In this document: in pieces, positions 1-9,858 of the stretch
How positions within the stretch are numbered: position 1 is the stretch's first letter
How the letters are laid out: every line of letters begins with the position of its first letter
Assembly: GCA_003524085.1 (NCBI GenBank)
Contig: DOEC01000021.1
Location: 70,477-134,476, forward strand
From: Bacillota bacterium
GTDB lineage: Bacteria; Bacillota_I; Bacilli_A; RF39; UBA660
Direction: 5' to 3'
Length of the DNA stretch: 64,000 nt
Made by a program: the position numbers and the translations under genes
Notes under the pieces: generated by a model
What the model saw: only the letters and a program-made list of their open reading frames with translations
What the model was told of the DNA's origin: nothing
Database searches by the model: none

Positions 1-822
1 TATAAAATCTATATCATGTATAATGTCCCAGTAAGGTCTAGTTTTAGTGTTTTTTGTAAAATCATATAGATATGCCATGTATATTAAGCCGTTTTTATTA
101 AGGTGATTTTGTAATTCATAGATGTTTTTTCTGAAACCTTTTATACTATCCGTATACATTTTTTCAATGAAACTTGATATGTTTGATAAGAATATGTAGT
201 CGTATTTTTCTTTAGTTAGGTTACTAACATTTCTTATGTCACTCGTTACAAATAAAGGGTTACAATTTTCAATATTAGATTTAATTAAATTATAGTTTTC
301 TACACTTCTTAAGTAATTGTTTGATAAAGATACTACTTTTTCTTTGTATTCGTCCATAGTAAATAAATTTTTTCTTATTATCAAACCACAGTTATCATAT
401 TCTTTATATAGTGTGTTCCAAAAAATGTATGAGTTTTCATTTAAATTATTTTTAATTTTGTTAAATGTTTCATGATTAAAAGAATTTTTATTTTTAAATA
501 GTCCCTTATTATATGTGAAGAAAGATAAAAATTCTTCAATTTGAAGAGATAATAATCCAGCAACTTTTAAGTCAAAATAGTATTTTACAAACGGATTGAT
601 ATCAAGTAAAGTAATATCTTTACATCCTAGTAAAAATACATTTAATATTTGGTCAGCACTTGAGCCAACTGTTAAAACTTTTTTATTTTTAAAATCTAAC
701 TTATTCATGTAGCCATTTAAGTTTTCTGTAGTAAACGGATATATTAAATTGTAACCCATGTGAGTGAATTTACTATAATTTATAACTTTTTTAGCTTTTT
801 CAATATCTTCATAAACATCCAT
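1..822 (-). CDS. Partial CDS running off the left edge. Hypothetical protein, possibly a SAM-dependent methyltransferase-like fold (very tentative).
   Basis: Reverse-complement reading gives an uninterrupted frame beginning MDVYEDIEKAKKVINY... with a GGAGGC ribosome-binding site upstream of the ATG (complement of 820-822). It is absent from the ORF track only because it leaves the window. It contains a VLTVGSSADQ...LLDINP stretch that weakly resembles a Rossmann motif. Confidence 0.45.
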   Translation of the reverse strand, partial: MDVYEDIEKAKKVINYSKFTHMGYNLIYPFTTENLNGYMNKLDFKNKKVLTVGSSADQILNVFLLGCKDITLLDINPFVKYYFDLKVAGLLSLQIEEFLSFFTYNKGLFKNKNSFNHETFNKIKNNLNENSYIFWNTLYKEYDNCGLIIRKNLFTMDEYKEKVVSLSNNYLRSVENYNLIKSNIENCNPLFVTSDIRNVSNLTKEKYDYIFLSNISSFIEKMYTDSIKGFRKNIYELQNHLNKNGLIYMAYLYDFTKNTKTRPYWDIIHDIDFI

Positions 823-1050
823 AACTGCCTCCGTTGTGTGTTAAATATCATACCACAATTTAAAGAAAAAAGATATAATTAATATTCACAAATATACTAA
901 AAGACAGATGTGTATTGATAAAATAAAATCAATATCATAAAAAACACCAACATAGTTTAGAAAAATAGATTAATCCTAGAAGTAATTAACAAACTATTGA
1001 TAAATAACATCATATTTGCTATAATTTAAGTATGGTAAAGGGTGTGTGAT

Positions 1051-1695
1051 ATGAAAAAGATAGTAATGTTAATAGTCATGATATTTAGTTTTAATATGAT
1101 TTTGAATGCTGAGTGTGATTATACTGAGAAAGTTAACTTAATTACTTTATCTAGTTATGTTGACTATAATTATGAATATATGAGCGATAATACTTTTAAA
1201 CTAACTTTTTATAATGTAACACCTGAAATGAAGTTAATTTATAATAATATAGAATATGCTCCAGCTAATGAAAGTGTGGAATTAAATTCACTAGAAGAAG
1301 GAAAAAGTATGAAAGTATCAATTAAGGGAAGTGATACTTCAGAATGTGCAATGCTAGATTTAAGAGTTATTAATTTGACTATTCCTTATGTTAACCCTTT
1401 TTATGGAAGTAATAGATGTATTGGACATGAAAGTTTGAATGTGTGTAGTAATAAGTTTTTACAATACAAGATAACTGAAAGTGAGTTTTTAAGACTTATT
1501 GATAAATCTGAAAATGATAACAAACCAGATGATGAAATTAATGATAAACCTGTAGTAAAAGAATTAACGTTTTTTGAAAAGGTAGTTGATTTTGCTAAAA
1601 AGGCATGGATACCAGTTCTTTTAGTAATTCTAACAAGTGGAATTACATTTGGTATTTTTAGTACAATTTATAGAAAAGTTAAACATGGAATATAA
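1051..1695 (+). CDS. Secreted or anchored protein (about 214 aa) with an N-terminal signal peptide and a C-terminal transmembrane anchor. Paralog of the next gene.
   Basis: ATG at 1051 sits behind an AAAGGG ribosome-binding site. The track start at 1042 is a GTG 9 nt upstream. Hydrophobic N-terminus MKKIVMLIVMIFSFNMILNA, C-terminal transmembrane stretch IPVLLVILTSGITFGIF followed by basic residues, and a shared NPFYG motif. Confidence 0.6.
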   Translation: MKKIVMLIVMIFSFNMILNAECDYTEKVNLITLSSYVDYNYEYMSDNTFKLTFYNVTPEMKLIYNNIEYAPANESVELNSLEEGKSMKVSIKGSDTSECAMLDLRVINLTIPYVNPFYGSNRCIGHESLNVCSNKFLQYKITESEFLRLIDKSENDNKPDDEINDKPVVKELTFFEKVVDFAKKAWIPVLLVILTSGITFGIFSTIYRKVKHGI

Positions 1696-1830
1696 AATAA
1701 AAAAATTTAAAATATAGGTAAAAACAATGCGTGAAATTGAATAGAATAGCGAAAAACTATTCTTTTTGTTATGTACAAACTAGAATAAATTTGTTATAAT
1801 TATTTTGTAATGATAGTGGAGGTAAGAGTT

Positions 1831-2463
1831 ATGAAAAAAATTTGTATGTTTTTAATGCTTACTATACTCATGAGTGTAAGTAAGTTAGAAGCAAGCTGTA
1901 ATGATTCACAGATACTTGCAAATGATATAGAATATTCAATATTTGAAAGTTATGACTATGATGATGTTAAAAGTGAAGTTGAGTTTTATGGCTTGAGTGA
2001 CGAGTTATATCTAGAAGTAACTAATGATTATAACGATGATGTGGACGTTTATACAAAAGATAATTTTACTGATGGAGTGTTAGTTATTCAAAGTAAAACT
2101 GTTACTGAGAAAATTAATTATTCAGCTAAAGTTTATACAACGGATACAAGTTGCTCTAATAAGATACTTAGGAATATAAATTTTAGTACAAATAAGTACA
2201 ATATATTTGTATCAAATGAAGTATGTAATGATAGGTATGATACAATAAAATATTGTAATCCATTTTATGATGTTAAAGATATGTCATTAACTGAGTTTAT
2301 TAAATTAGTAAATAAAGAAGCTGCTAAATTAGATGTACATTATACTTTTAAAGATTATGTAAAAATGTATTACTTGTACGTTTTAATACCATTTCTAGTG
2401 ATATCTATTGTTTATATAGTTAGAATTATTATATTTAAAAGGAGGAAGAAGCAATATGTATAA
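1831..2463 (+). CDS. Secreted or anchored protein with the same architecture as 1051..1695 (signal peptide plus C-terminal transmembrane anchor and KRRKK tail).
   Basis: Internal GGAGGT ribosome-binding site before the ATG at 1831. Hydrophobic N-terminus MKKICMFLMLTILMSV. CNPFYD motif as in the neighbour. Near-identical length. Confidence 0.6.
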   Translation: MKKICMFLMLTILMSVSKLEASCNDSQILANDIEYSIFESYDYDDVKSEVEFYGLSDELYLEVTNDYNDDVDVYTKDNFTDGVLVIQSKTVTEKINYSAKVYTTDTSCSNKILRNINFSTNKYNIFVSNEVCNDRYDTIKYCNPFYDVKDMSLTEFIKLVNKEAAKLDVHYTFKDYVKMYYLYVLIPFLVISIVYIVRIIIFKRRKKQYV

Positions 2464-5400
2464 GAAGTATTTAAAAATATTGTTATTAGCTGGTTTAACT
2501 TTAATTCCATTAAAGATTGATGCTCTTGCTGATACTCTTAAGATACAAGAAAATGGACATGTAAATCCTTTGTATGCTGACTATAATTGGTGGGATGGTA
2601 ATACTGAGGAAGGTTATTTAAGAGGAGAGTTGAAAAATGGTAAGTTAGTTTTAACAGCTGAAGCTAAAAAAGGTAAATACAATATTGAATGTAATCAAAA
2701 TAATTATCAATATTGGTATTATACTTGTCAGTCTACTTGTGGAATAGATATAACTAAACTTAGTAGTAGTTGGCAAAATCAAATATCTAGTTGTGGTAAA
2801 ACTACTAGATGGGGACTTACTAAATCGTTGAGTCAAAAAAATTGTAAAGAATCAGCTATAGGTACTAATAAAGCTTATTGTAACTTAAAATCTGGTGGAC
2901 AAATGAGATTTAATATATCAGAGTCTAACTTTATAAATCACGAAAGTCACTGTGGTAATGAAGCTGGATATATTGATCAAGTTAGATATGGCAAATGGGC
3001 TAAAGATTTAAATATGGATTCTACTTCTAATAAGAGTTATACTAAAGCACCTAATATAAAAAGATATTATTGTACATGGAGTTCTAGTACTAGTGGTACA
3101 ACTCAAACATCTAAAAAGAAACTAGTTCAAAATCAATATCAAACTTCTGATGGAGCAGCAGCTTACTGTGTAAACCCAGGTAGAATATTTAAGGCTCAAA
3201 ACTATAAATTAGCAGCAGAGTATGATGTTAGTAAGAAAGCTTGTACAAAGAGTAACTCTGATAAATCATGTGCACTTGCTGCAGCAGTAATGATTGGTAA
3301 TCAAGAATATAATGGAGACTATTTAACAATACTTACAGCATTAAGATTCTTAAGTGCGCATTATGGGGATAATGAAGGATGGTGGGAATCAGCTTCTTCT
3401 AAGAAATATCCTAATGCAAATATATATAAACATACAGTGGATGAAATAACAAATTATGGTTATGCAGGAGGGACAACTAAAACTAAAATTGGTGTTATAT
3501 ATGCAGACTCTACTTCTAGTACAGCTCTAGCTAATGCTATTTTGATATATAAAAAAGTAATGAGTGGATATGATATGTGGAGTCCTAGTGTAACTCATAA
3601 ACATTCTTCATATAATACTTATACTAAAACAGCAACTTTATCATTTGAAAGTAATTTCCCTACAGGTACAACAATTAGTAGTATAAAACTATCTAATGGA
3701 AAAGAAATACCTGCAGGAAATATAACATCTGCACCTTGTGAAAGTGATAATAGTAAGATGTGTATAACAGCGACTATACAATTAGAAGCAAATGAGTGTG
3801 TTAAAGTGAAAGCTGAAATATTTTATACAAATCCATATGATACAATATCTAAAATAGGATACTATAAAGCAATAGATAATCCTAGTAAATATCAAGATAT
3901 GTATGTATTTGATAGAAATGCTAAAGCAAGTGTAATGGTTACAAAAAAAACCGGAACAAACAACAATGCTTCAACTCAAGAATTTGATTTATGTGCACCT
4001 GATAATTCTTGTAGTATTGCTCCTGGCGGAAAATATATATGTAAAGATGGTAGTGAATGTACTAAAGAAAGATTTAGTGAAGAATGCGAAGAACCTACAG
4101 ATAATACATATTGTCCTAAACCTGAACTTGAAGAAAATATGCCAGATGACTGTGAAGACTCAACTACTGGTAGAATAGAAGATGCAACAATGTGTAATAT
4201 ACTTAACTCAGAAGATAAATACAAAGAAGAATATAGAAAGACTGAATATGAAAACGAATTTTGTAAAGTTTACTGTAGAGAAACATTAATATTTAGTTTT
4301 ATGGATAAAGAGACTGCTTATGCTGGACAAGCTTTTCAACATAGTGTAGGTAGTTATTATTCAGGTAAAGCTTACTTAAGTACAGTAATACTTTCTAGAA
4401 AACAATGTTCTAGTGAAGTTAATTATGATAACTGGTTAGCACAATATAAACAAGCAGATGCTAATGTATTAAGTACTTGGAATACATTAAAAGAATGGGA
4501 AGCATTTTATAATTTGAATGGTGGAACTTATACTGATTATGAAACCGATGATGGATGTAGTGCGGATCACTGTAGTTGTCCAGCTGGAGCAAAAATATAC
4601 ATGGAATGGAGTTACGCTTCATTTAATACGACTAATGCGAATGGATATACTAGTATGAGCGGCGAACATACAAAAACACGTTCTAGCAGCAGTTCTAGAT
4701 GTAGATCAGGTTCTCACTCTTGTAGATGTTGTCCATCAACTGATAAAGATGGAAAAACTACTTGGGGAAGTGAATGGTGTGAAACGTGTAGCTGTAGCTG
4801 TGCGAGTGATGCTGACGCTGGATATGTTAGTAGAAACTACTCTCGTGCATTAAATAATTATAAAAATGCACTAGAATATAGAGACAAACTATTATATCAA
4901 ATACAAGACTGTAACTTTATGAGCGATAATAATAACAATAACCGTGGTATAACTACAACGGCTGTATATACTAAAAATAAATATGGACCATATTATACAA
5001 CTAGCGCTAATGGAAACCATACAACTGGAGCTAATTTAAAAACTTACAAATCTATAGTTAATAATTACAAACCTGGAAATAAGATAGAAATAGACTATGA
5101 AGAAAACTATGGATATGGAGAAAATTATGATGTTGATATAGTTAATGAACAAACTAAAAACTATGCTGTTACAATTGGATATAGTGATAAAGAAGCTTGG
5201 AAAGACTATTGTAAGGGCGACTGTGATGGCTCTTTATACGACCTTAGTAGGACACCATATTTAACTAATGCAACCGATAATATTAATTATTGGACTTGTA
5301 CAGGAAGTGAAACTTCTGCAAGATGTACTAAGAATACATTAGTTATTCCTAAAAATAAACTAGCTAATATAGTAGTAGAAACTGAAACAGTACACTATCA

Positions 5401-6121
5401 AGATGCGGAATTTTATACTCAGGTGTTTACTGGTAAAACATCTACAAATAAGGATAATGTAGGATACTGGATAGAACTTGATAAACATATATATCCAGTA
5501 GGTGTTACTAGACTTACAGGTAACTATGGAATTAAGCTTGACTATAGTGACTTAGGTGAAAGTGGTAAACCTAATAATAGACATATGTCTGACGGTAATT
5601 ATACTTGTAGTTATGACGTAATAAACGAATTAACAATATATGACTGTAATGATGGATATCATGTATGTTATCCTTGTAGTGGAACTGAAGAAGAGTGTGA
5701 AGATTATAACTATGCAACAGGACTAGGTGTATACTTTAGAAATATAAATCTAAGTGATATATTTCCTAATTCAAAATTTAGTCCAAATTATTCTGATTTA
5801 AATAAAAATACTAGAAATATTGGGCAAAATTGGCTAACAACAAATGCTATACAAATTATTGACGAAATACAAAAATATGGAGAAAATGTATGGACTAAAA
5901 AAGAACCAATGTATAGTATTACATTAAGTCATGATGCAATGAAAACAATAAGAAATTATAATTCAAATAGTAATTATTTAGATTATTCACTTAACTGTGA
6001 TGAAAATTTAAGATGTACAAGTACTTTCTTAAATGAATTTAGAGCTAAGTATAGTAACTTATTTAGTAAGAATGTTAATATACCTAGCAATAACTTATAT
6101 TATTATAAAAGGAGTTGGTAG
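2456..6121 (+). CDS. Giant (1221 aa) secreted, Cys- and Ser/Thr/Asn/Tyr-rich surface protein, a putative adhesin or tip protein of the apparatus.
   Basis: AGGAGG ribosome-binding site. Signal peptide MYKKYLKILLLAGLTLIPLKIDALA. More than 60 Cys, including a dense cluster (CSCPAG, CRCCPS, CETCSCSCAS) around 4560-4810. No transmembrane anchor. Starts 8 nt before the upstream stop, indicating translational coupling. Confidence 0.65.
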   Translation: MYKKYLKILLLAGLTLIPLKIDALADTLKIQENGHVNPLYADYNWWDGNTEEGYLRGELKNGKLVLTAEAKKGKYNIECNQNNYQYWYYTCQSTCGIDITKLSSSWQNQISSCGKTTRWGLTKSLSQKNCKESAIGTNKAYCNLKSGGQMRFNISESNFINHESHCGNEAGYIDQVRYGKWAKDLNMDSTSNKSYTKAPNIKRYYCTWSSSTSGTTQTSKKKLVQNQYQTSDGAAAYCVNPGRIFKAQNYKLAAEYDVSKKACTKSNSDKSCALAAAVMIGNQEYNGDYLTILTALRFLSAHYGDNEGWWESASSKKYPNANIYKHTVDEITNYGYAGGTTKTKIGVIYADSTSSTALANAILIYKKVMSGYDMWSPSVTHKHSSYNTYTKTATLSFESNFPTGTTISSIKLSNGKEIPAGNITSAPCESDNSKMCITATIQLEANECVKVKAEIFYTNPYDTISKIGYYKAIDNPSKYQDMYVFDRNAKASVMVTKKTGTNNNASTQEFDLCAPDNSCSIAPGGKYICKDGSECTKERFSEECEEPTDNTYCPKPELEENMPDDCEDSTTGRIEDATMCNILNSEDKYKEEYRKTEYENEFCKVYCRETLIFSFMDKETAYAGQAFQHSVGSYYSGKAYLSTVILSRKQCSSEVNYDNWLAQYKQADANVLSTWNTLKEWEAFYNLNGGTYTDYETDDGCSADHCSCPAGAKIYMEWSYASFNTTNANGYTSMSGEHTKTRSSSSSRCRSGSHSCRCCPSTDKDGKTTWGSEWCETCSCSCASDADAGYVSRNYSRALNNYKNALEYRDKLLYQIQDCNFMSDNNNNNRGITTTAVYTKNKYGPYYTTSANGNHTTGANLKTYKSIVNNYKPGNKIEIDYEENYGYGENYDVDIVNEQTKNYAVTIGYSDKEAWKDYCKGDCDGSLYDLSRTPYLTNATDNINYWTCTGSETSARCTKNTLVIPKNKLANIVVETETVHYQDAEFYTQVFTGKTSTNKDNVGYWIELDKHIYPVGVTRLTGNYGIKLDYSDLGESGKPNNRHMSDGNYTCSYDVINELTIYDCNDGYHVCYPCSGTEEECEDYNYATGLGVYFRNINLSDIFPNSKFSPNYSDLNKNTRNIGQNWLTTNAIQIIDEIQKYGENVWTKKEPMYSITLSHDAMKTIRNYNSNSNYLDYSLNCDENLRCTSTFLNEFRAKYSNLFSKNVNIPSNNLYYYKRSW

Positions 6122-6124
6122 TAT

Positions 6125-7831
6125 ATGAAAGAAACTTTTTGGTCTTATTTGTTTATAGTACTAGGGCTCCTTACTATAGCAATTATGATACTTGTACAAA
6201 ACTTAACAAGCACAAGTGAAGAAAACTATTACTTAACTAAAGAAGTTATGGAAGCTTCTATGATAGACAGTATTGACTATGGCTTATATAGAAAAACTGG
6301 CGAGATAAGAATGATAGAAAGTAAGTTTGTTGAAAACTTTACTAGAAGATTTGCTGAAAGTATAAATGATAGTAAAGAGTATACATTAGATTTCTATGAG
6401 ATATACGAAAACCCACCTAAAGCTACAGTAGTTGTAAAAACTGAAACAGGTAGTCAAACTATAACAAGTGACTCAACTGTAAATTTTGATATAAGAACAG
6501 TAATGAGTGGAATACTTGAAACTAAGTATAGTCAGAATGATAGTGTTTTAGCAGTTGACTTAACAACTGACAAAGGTACTGTCTTAGGTAAAACAAAATA
6601 TACTAGTTATGAAGGAAGAGTAATCTTTGAAGTAAATGCACCAGTACCTTATGTAGTAGAAGGGTCTACTATAACATGTGGTGACAACGGCGTTAATATT
6701 GAAACAAAAGATAATCAAGTTATTATAAGTAATGTTAGAAGAAATACAAGCTGTAATGCCAAACTTGCTGTTGGAAAAAGTGTAACACTCACAATGAATA
6801 GTGGAACAGGACAGGTAATAGGAGACAAAATAAAAGCAGCGGTGCCAGGTGGAAGCGTGTCATTTGAAGCACAAGCAACTGATGGGTATACTTTGGAAAA
6901 TCCAACAGTAATATGTTCTGGTGGTGCTACTGGAAGTAGAAGTGGTAACAAAATAGTAGTAAGTAACGTAAACACAGATCAGATATGTGATGTTACTTTA
7001 AAACGTGGAAAATACAAGGTTACTATTAATGTAATAAATGGTGGTACTACTATGACTAACCCTGTTGAAGTGGAATATGGTGAAACAGCACAAATCCCTA
7101 TATATGCTAATATTGGATATACAACAAAAGATATGAAAGTAAGTTGCTCAAAAGGCGCAACTGCTACTTTAAACAATAATATTATTAATTTAAGTAATGT
7201 AGTAGGTAGTCAAACTTGTACCGTTAGTATTCCTGAAATAACTGCTGATAATTATCCTTATTTTGTTGCTAAGCCAGGTGGAAGATATGACGTTACAATT
7301 GTTAATAAACAATCAGGTACATCTAATGGAATGAAAACAACCTATGCTTATAATGGATATGATACTGAATATATTATTGATGGTCAAAGAAGGTCTTTTT
7401 CATCAAATGTTAATGGTGGAAGTGAAACTTATAACGGAGTAACTATTAGTATACTTGCAACAAATATAGGTGATTCTCTTGCAGTTAACTACATAATTAA
7501 AAATAATAGTAATTCAACAAAAAGCTATTCTGTTTCTTCAACAGCTGATATATATTTAGTAGGAAATGATCACATAGTACTTTATAAAGATAGTAATAAT
7601 AGAATGTATACAGCAAGATATGGTAATTATTGGGTTGAATATTTATTTGATCCTACTGCTACGACAACGTGGATTGGACATTACGGAAGTAGAATGCAAA
7701 ATAGATATAATAACTCTTCAAATAATTCGAGTACTTATGGAGAAGATTCTGGTTTAGCATTTAGTTGGAGTGGAACAATAGGTGCAGGAGAAACAATAGT
7801 TAAAACTGTGAGATATGTTATTCATTATTAA
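6125..7831 (+). CDS. Membrane-anchored (N-terminal transmembrane segment) protein with three internal Ig-like repeats.
   Basis: N-terminal transmembrane segment FWSYLFIVLGLLTIAIMILV. Roughly 55-aa repeats share the pattern C..G....(I/V).SNV....C (TITCGDNG...ISNVRRNTSC, TVICSGGATG...VSNVNTDQIC, MKVSCSKGA...LSNVVGSQTC). Hairpin plus T-run terminator at 7850-7888. Confidence 0.6.
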   Translation: MKETFWSYLFIVLGLLTIAIMILVQNLTSTSEENYYLTKEVMEASMIDSIDYGLYRKTGEIRMIESKFVENFTRRFAESINDSKEYTLDFYEIYENPPKATVVVKTETGSQTITSDSTVNFDIRTVMSGILETKYSQNDSVLAVDLTTDKGTVLGKTKYTSYEGRVIFEVNAPVPYVVEGSTITCGDNGVNIETKDNQVIISNVRRNTSCNAKLAVGKSVTLTMNSGTGQVIGDKIKAAVPGGSVSFEAQATDGYTLENPTVICSGGATGSRSGNKIVVSNVNTDQICDVTLKRGKYKVTINVINGGTTMTNPVEVEYGETAQIPIYANIGYTTKDMKVSCSKGATATLNNNIINLSNVVGSQTCTVSIPEITADNYPYFVAKPGGRYDVTIVNKQSGTSNGMKTTYAYNGYDTEYIIDGQRRSFSSNVNGGSETYNGVTISILATNIGDSLAVNYIIKNNSNSTKSYSVSSTADIYLVGNDHIVLYKDSNNRMYTARYGNYWVEYLFDPTATTTWIGHYGSRMQNRYNNSSNNSSTYGEDSGLAFSWSGTIGAGETIVKTVRYVIHY

Positions 7832-7911
7832 AAAAATAAAAAAAATTAATACTTATAATTGATTTTATAAGTATTTTTTTGTATAATTATATTTAGAATA
7901 AAGGAGGAGTT

Positions 7912-8712
7912 ATGAATAAGTTAATAATTTCATTAAAAAGATTTTTTAGTAATAAAAATACTGTTACTATTATTTGTGTGTTTGCAGCAGTTTTGGTGCT
8001 ATATTTTGGTTATAACTGGAGAATTAAACAGCAAACTAAACCTATTAAGGTTCCATATGCTAAGGTTGAAATACAACCTCGTACACAAATTACAGAAGAT
8101 ATGATAGGGTATTTAGAGATTCCTGGTAGCATGGTTAGTGATAATACTATTAAGTTTGCTAATGAAATAATAGGTAAGTATGCCAACTATAATACAGTTA
8201 TTCCTAAAGGAAGCGTATTTTATAGTAGTACTATTGTAACTTGGGAGCAAATGCCAGATTCAGCATGGGCTAATATTCCTAATGGATATACTGTAGTTAG
8301 TTTAAGTGTTAATACTGAAACTACATATGGTAACTCAATATTTCCAGGAAACTATATTGACTTATATTATAGTACACATGATGAAACTGGAAAGTTACTT
8401 TTAGGTAAACTTATTAAGAGTATTGAAGTACTTGCTGTAAAAGATGCAAGTGGAAACCATGTGTTTGAAAACAGTGGGGAATTAAAAGCACCTAACAGTT
8501 TAATATTTGCTGTACCAGAAAGCATGCATTTACTTCTTAGAAAAGCAAGTTACTTAAATGGTGAAATTATACCTGTACCAAGAAATAAAGAGTATAGTTT
8601 AAATCCTGAGGCAACTGAAGTAAGTAGTGAATATTTACAAAATTATATACTTAGTCAAACTGTTATATTGCCAGAACAAGCAAATGACAGTCAAATTTCA
8701 ACTATTGAGTAA
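7912..8712 (+). CDS. CpaB/RcpC-like Flp pilus assembly protein (N-terminal transmembrane segment plus SAF-like domain).
   Basis: 266 aa. Transmembrane stretch TVTIICVFAAVLVLYFGY followed by KVPYAKVEIQPRTQITEDMIGYLEIPG, typical of CpaB. Sits immediately upstream of the TadA/B/C genes. Confidence 0.55.
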   Translation: MNKLIISLKRFFSNKNTVTIICVFAAVLVLYFGYNWRIKQQTKPIKVPYAKVEIQPRTQITEDMIGYLEIPGSMVSDNTIKFANEIIGKYANYNTVIPKGSVFYSSTIVTWEQMPDSAWANIPNGYTVVSLSVNTETTYGNSIFPGNYIDLYYSTHDETGKLLLGKLIKSIEVLAVKDASGNHVFENSGELKAPNSLIFAVPESMHLLLRKASYLNGEIIPVPRNKEYSLNPEATEVSSEYLQNYILSQTVILPEQANDSQISTIE

Positions 8713-8744
8713 GTAAATAAAAAAAGAATAGAAAGGGAGATATT

Positions 8745-9842
8745 ATGAATAGCACAATATTTGATCAGATTAACTGGGGACCATTAAAAGAGTTTTTAGA
8801 TGATGATGATATTACAGATATATCTTATTCTAATGGTGGAAGAGTGTGGCTTAAGAGTTTAAGTAAAGGTGTTATAAGTGTAGAAAGACCTGATATAAAT
8901 AATGCTCTTATGGAAAAACTTGCGTTTCAGTGCTCTAACGTAATGGGTAAAACATTTAATATGGCTAGTCCGTTTTTGGATGCTGAAAGTGCAGAATTGC
9001 GTCTTAACTTTGTACATGACTCTATTGCTACAAATGGAATAGCTTGTGTTATTCGTAAGACTCCAGCTAAAATAAGACTTAATAAAGAAAAACTAATAAA
9101 TGAACACTATGTAAGTTTACCAATGCATGACTTTTTGTTTAAATGTGTTGAAGGACACTGTAACATTATAGTTAGTGGTGAAACTGGTAGTGGTAAAACA
9201 GAACTTGTTAAATATTTGGCAAGTCATACTAAAGAAAATGAGAAGATTATAACAATAGAAGATACTTTGGAACTACACCTTGACAAGATATTTCCTCATA
9301 GAGATATTGTTGCAATGAAGACTAACAATATAGCAAGTTATAGCGATGTACTAGTTACCTGCATGAGACAAAACCCTAGATGGATACTATTGTCAGAGGT
9401 TCGTAGTGCAGAAGCTGTTACTGCGGTTAGAAACTCAATTTCAAGTGGACACAACATATTAAGTACAATTCACTCAGATAAAGCAAGTGGTATTCCAATG
9501 CGTTTATATAGCTTACTTGAAACAAACCTAGATGTTGATCAATTCTTAAAAACAATACATAGATATATACACTTAGGTGTACATGTAAAAGGCTACATGA
9601 GTAAAAAGTATGGAAGATTCCAAAGAGAAATTGTTGAAGTAGCAGAATTTTATGTAGATGACGATAATGAAGCAAGATGTAATGTACTTTACTCTAAAGG
9701 AATGGATGGAGTGGAAGTATATCATAATCCAAGTAAGAGATTATTAGATTATTTGGATGCACAAGGTATTTATTTACCAAGGGAGACTTTTGTTAAAGAA
9801 AGTGAAACTTTAAAAGAAAGTGAAAATATAGAAATTATATAG
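8745..9842 (+). CDS. CpaF/TadA (VirB11/GspE-superfamily) secretion ATPase.
   Basis: 365 aa. Walker A VSGETGSGKTEL, Walker B IITIEDTLEL, then His-box-like region. The size and the two TadB/C-like genes that follow favour TadA over VirB11. Confidence 0.75.
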   Translation: MNSTIFDQINWGPLKEFLDDDDITDISYSNGGRVWLKSLSKGVISVERPDINNALMEKLAFQCSNVMGKTFNMASPFLDAESAELRLNFVHDSIATNGIACVIRKTPAKIRLNKEKLINEHYVSLPMHDFLFKCVEGHCNIIVSGETGSGKTELVKYLASHTKENEKIITIEDTLELHLDKIFPHRDIVAMKTNNIASYSDVLVTCMRQNPRWILLSEVRSAEAVTAVRNSISSGHNILSTIHSDKASGIPMRLYSLLETNLDVDQFLKTIHRYIHLGVHVKGYMSKKYGRFQREIVEVAEFYVDDDNEARCNVLYSKGMDGVEVYHNPSKRLLDYLDAQGIYLPRETFVKESETLKESENIEII

Positions 9843-9858
9843 ATTTAGGAGGTGACTT

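Noticed and set aside
2651-2836. Short antisense ORFs inside larger genes (for example 2651..2836, 3976..4224, 6715..7176, 9427..9675, 22484..22939, 31965..32377, 35485..35709, 56416..56691, 58522..58764, 61441..61635, 62241..62483).
   Set aside because: Each lies wholly inside a long CDS with a strong motif-supported call on the opposite strand. They are low-complexity, lack ribosome-binding sites and are typical AT-rich spurious frames.
8745-9842. Alternative reading of the ATPase as VirB11 of the T4SS-like module rather than TadA/CpaF.
   Set aside because: It is immediately followed by two GspF/TadB-TadC-like membrane proteins, a small pilin-like gene and a TadE-like gene, and is preceded by a CpaB-like gene. 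The Tad context is more parsimonious, though family-level distinction needs profile searches.
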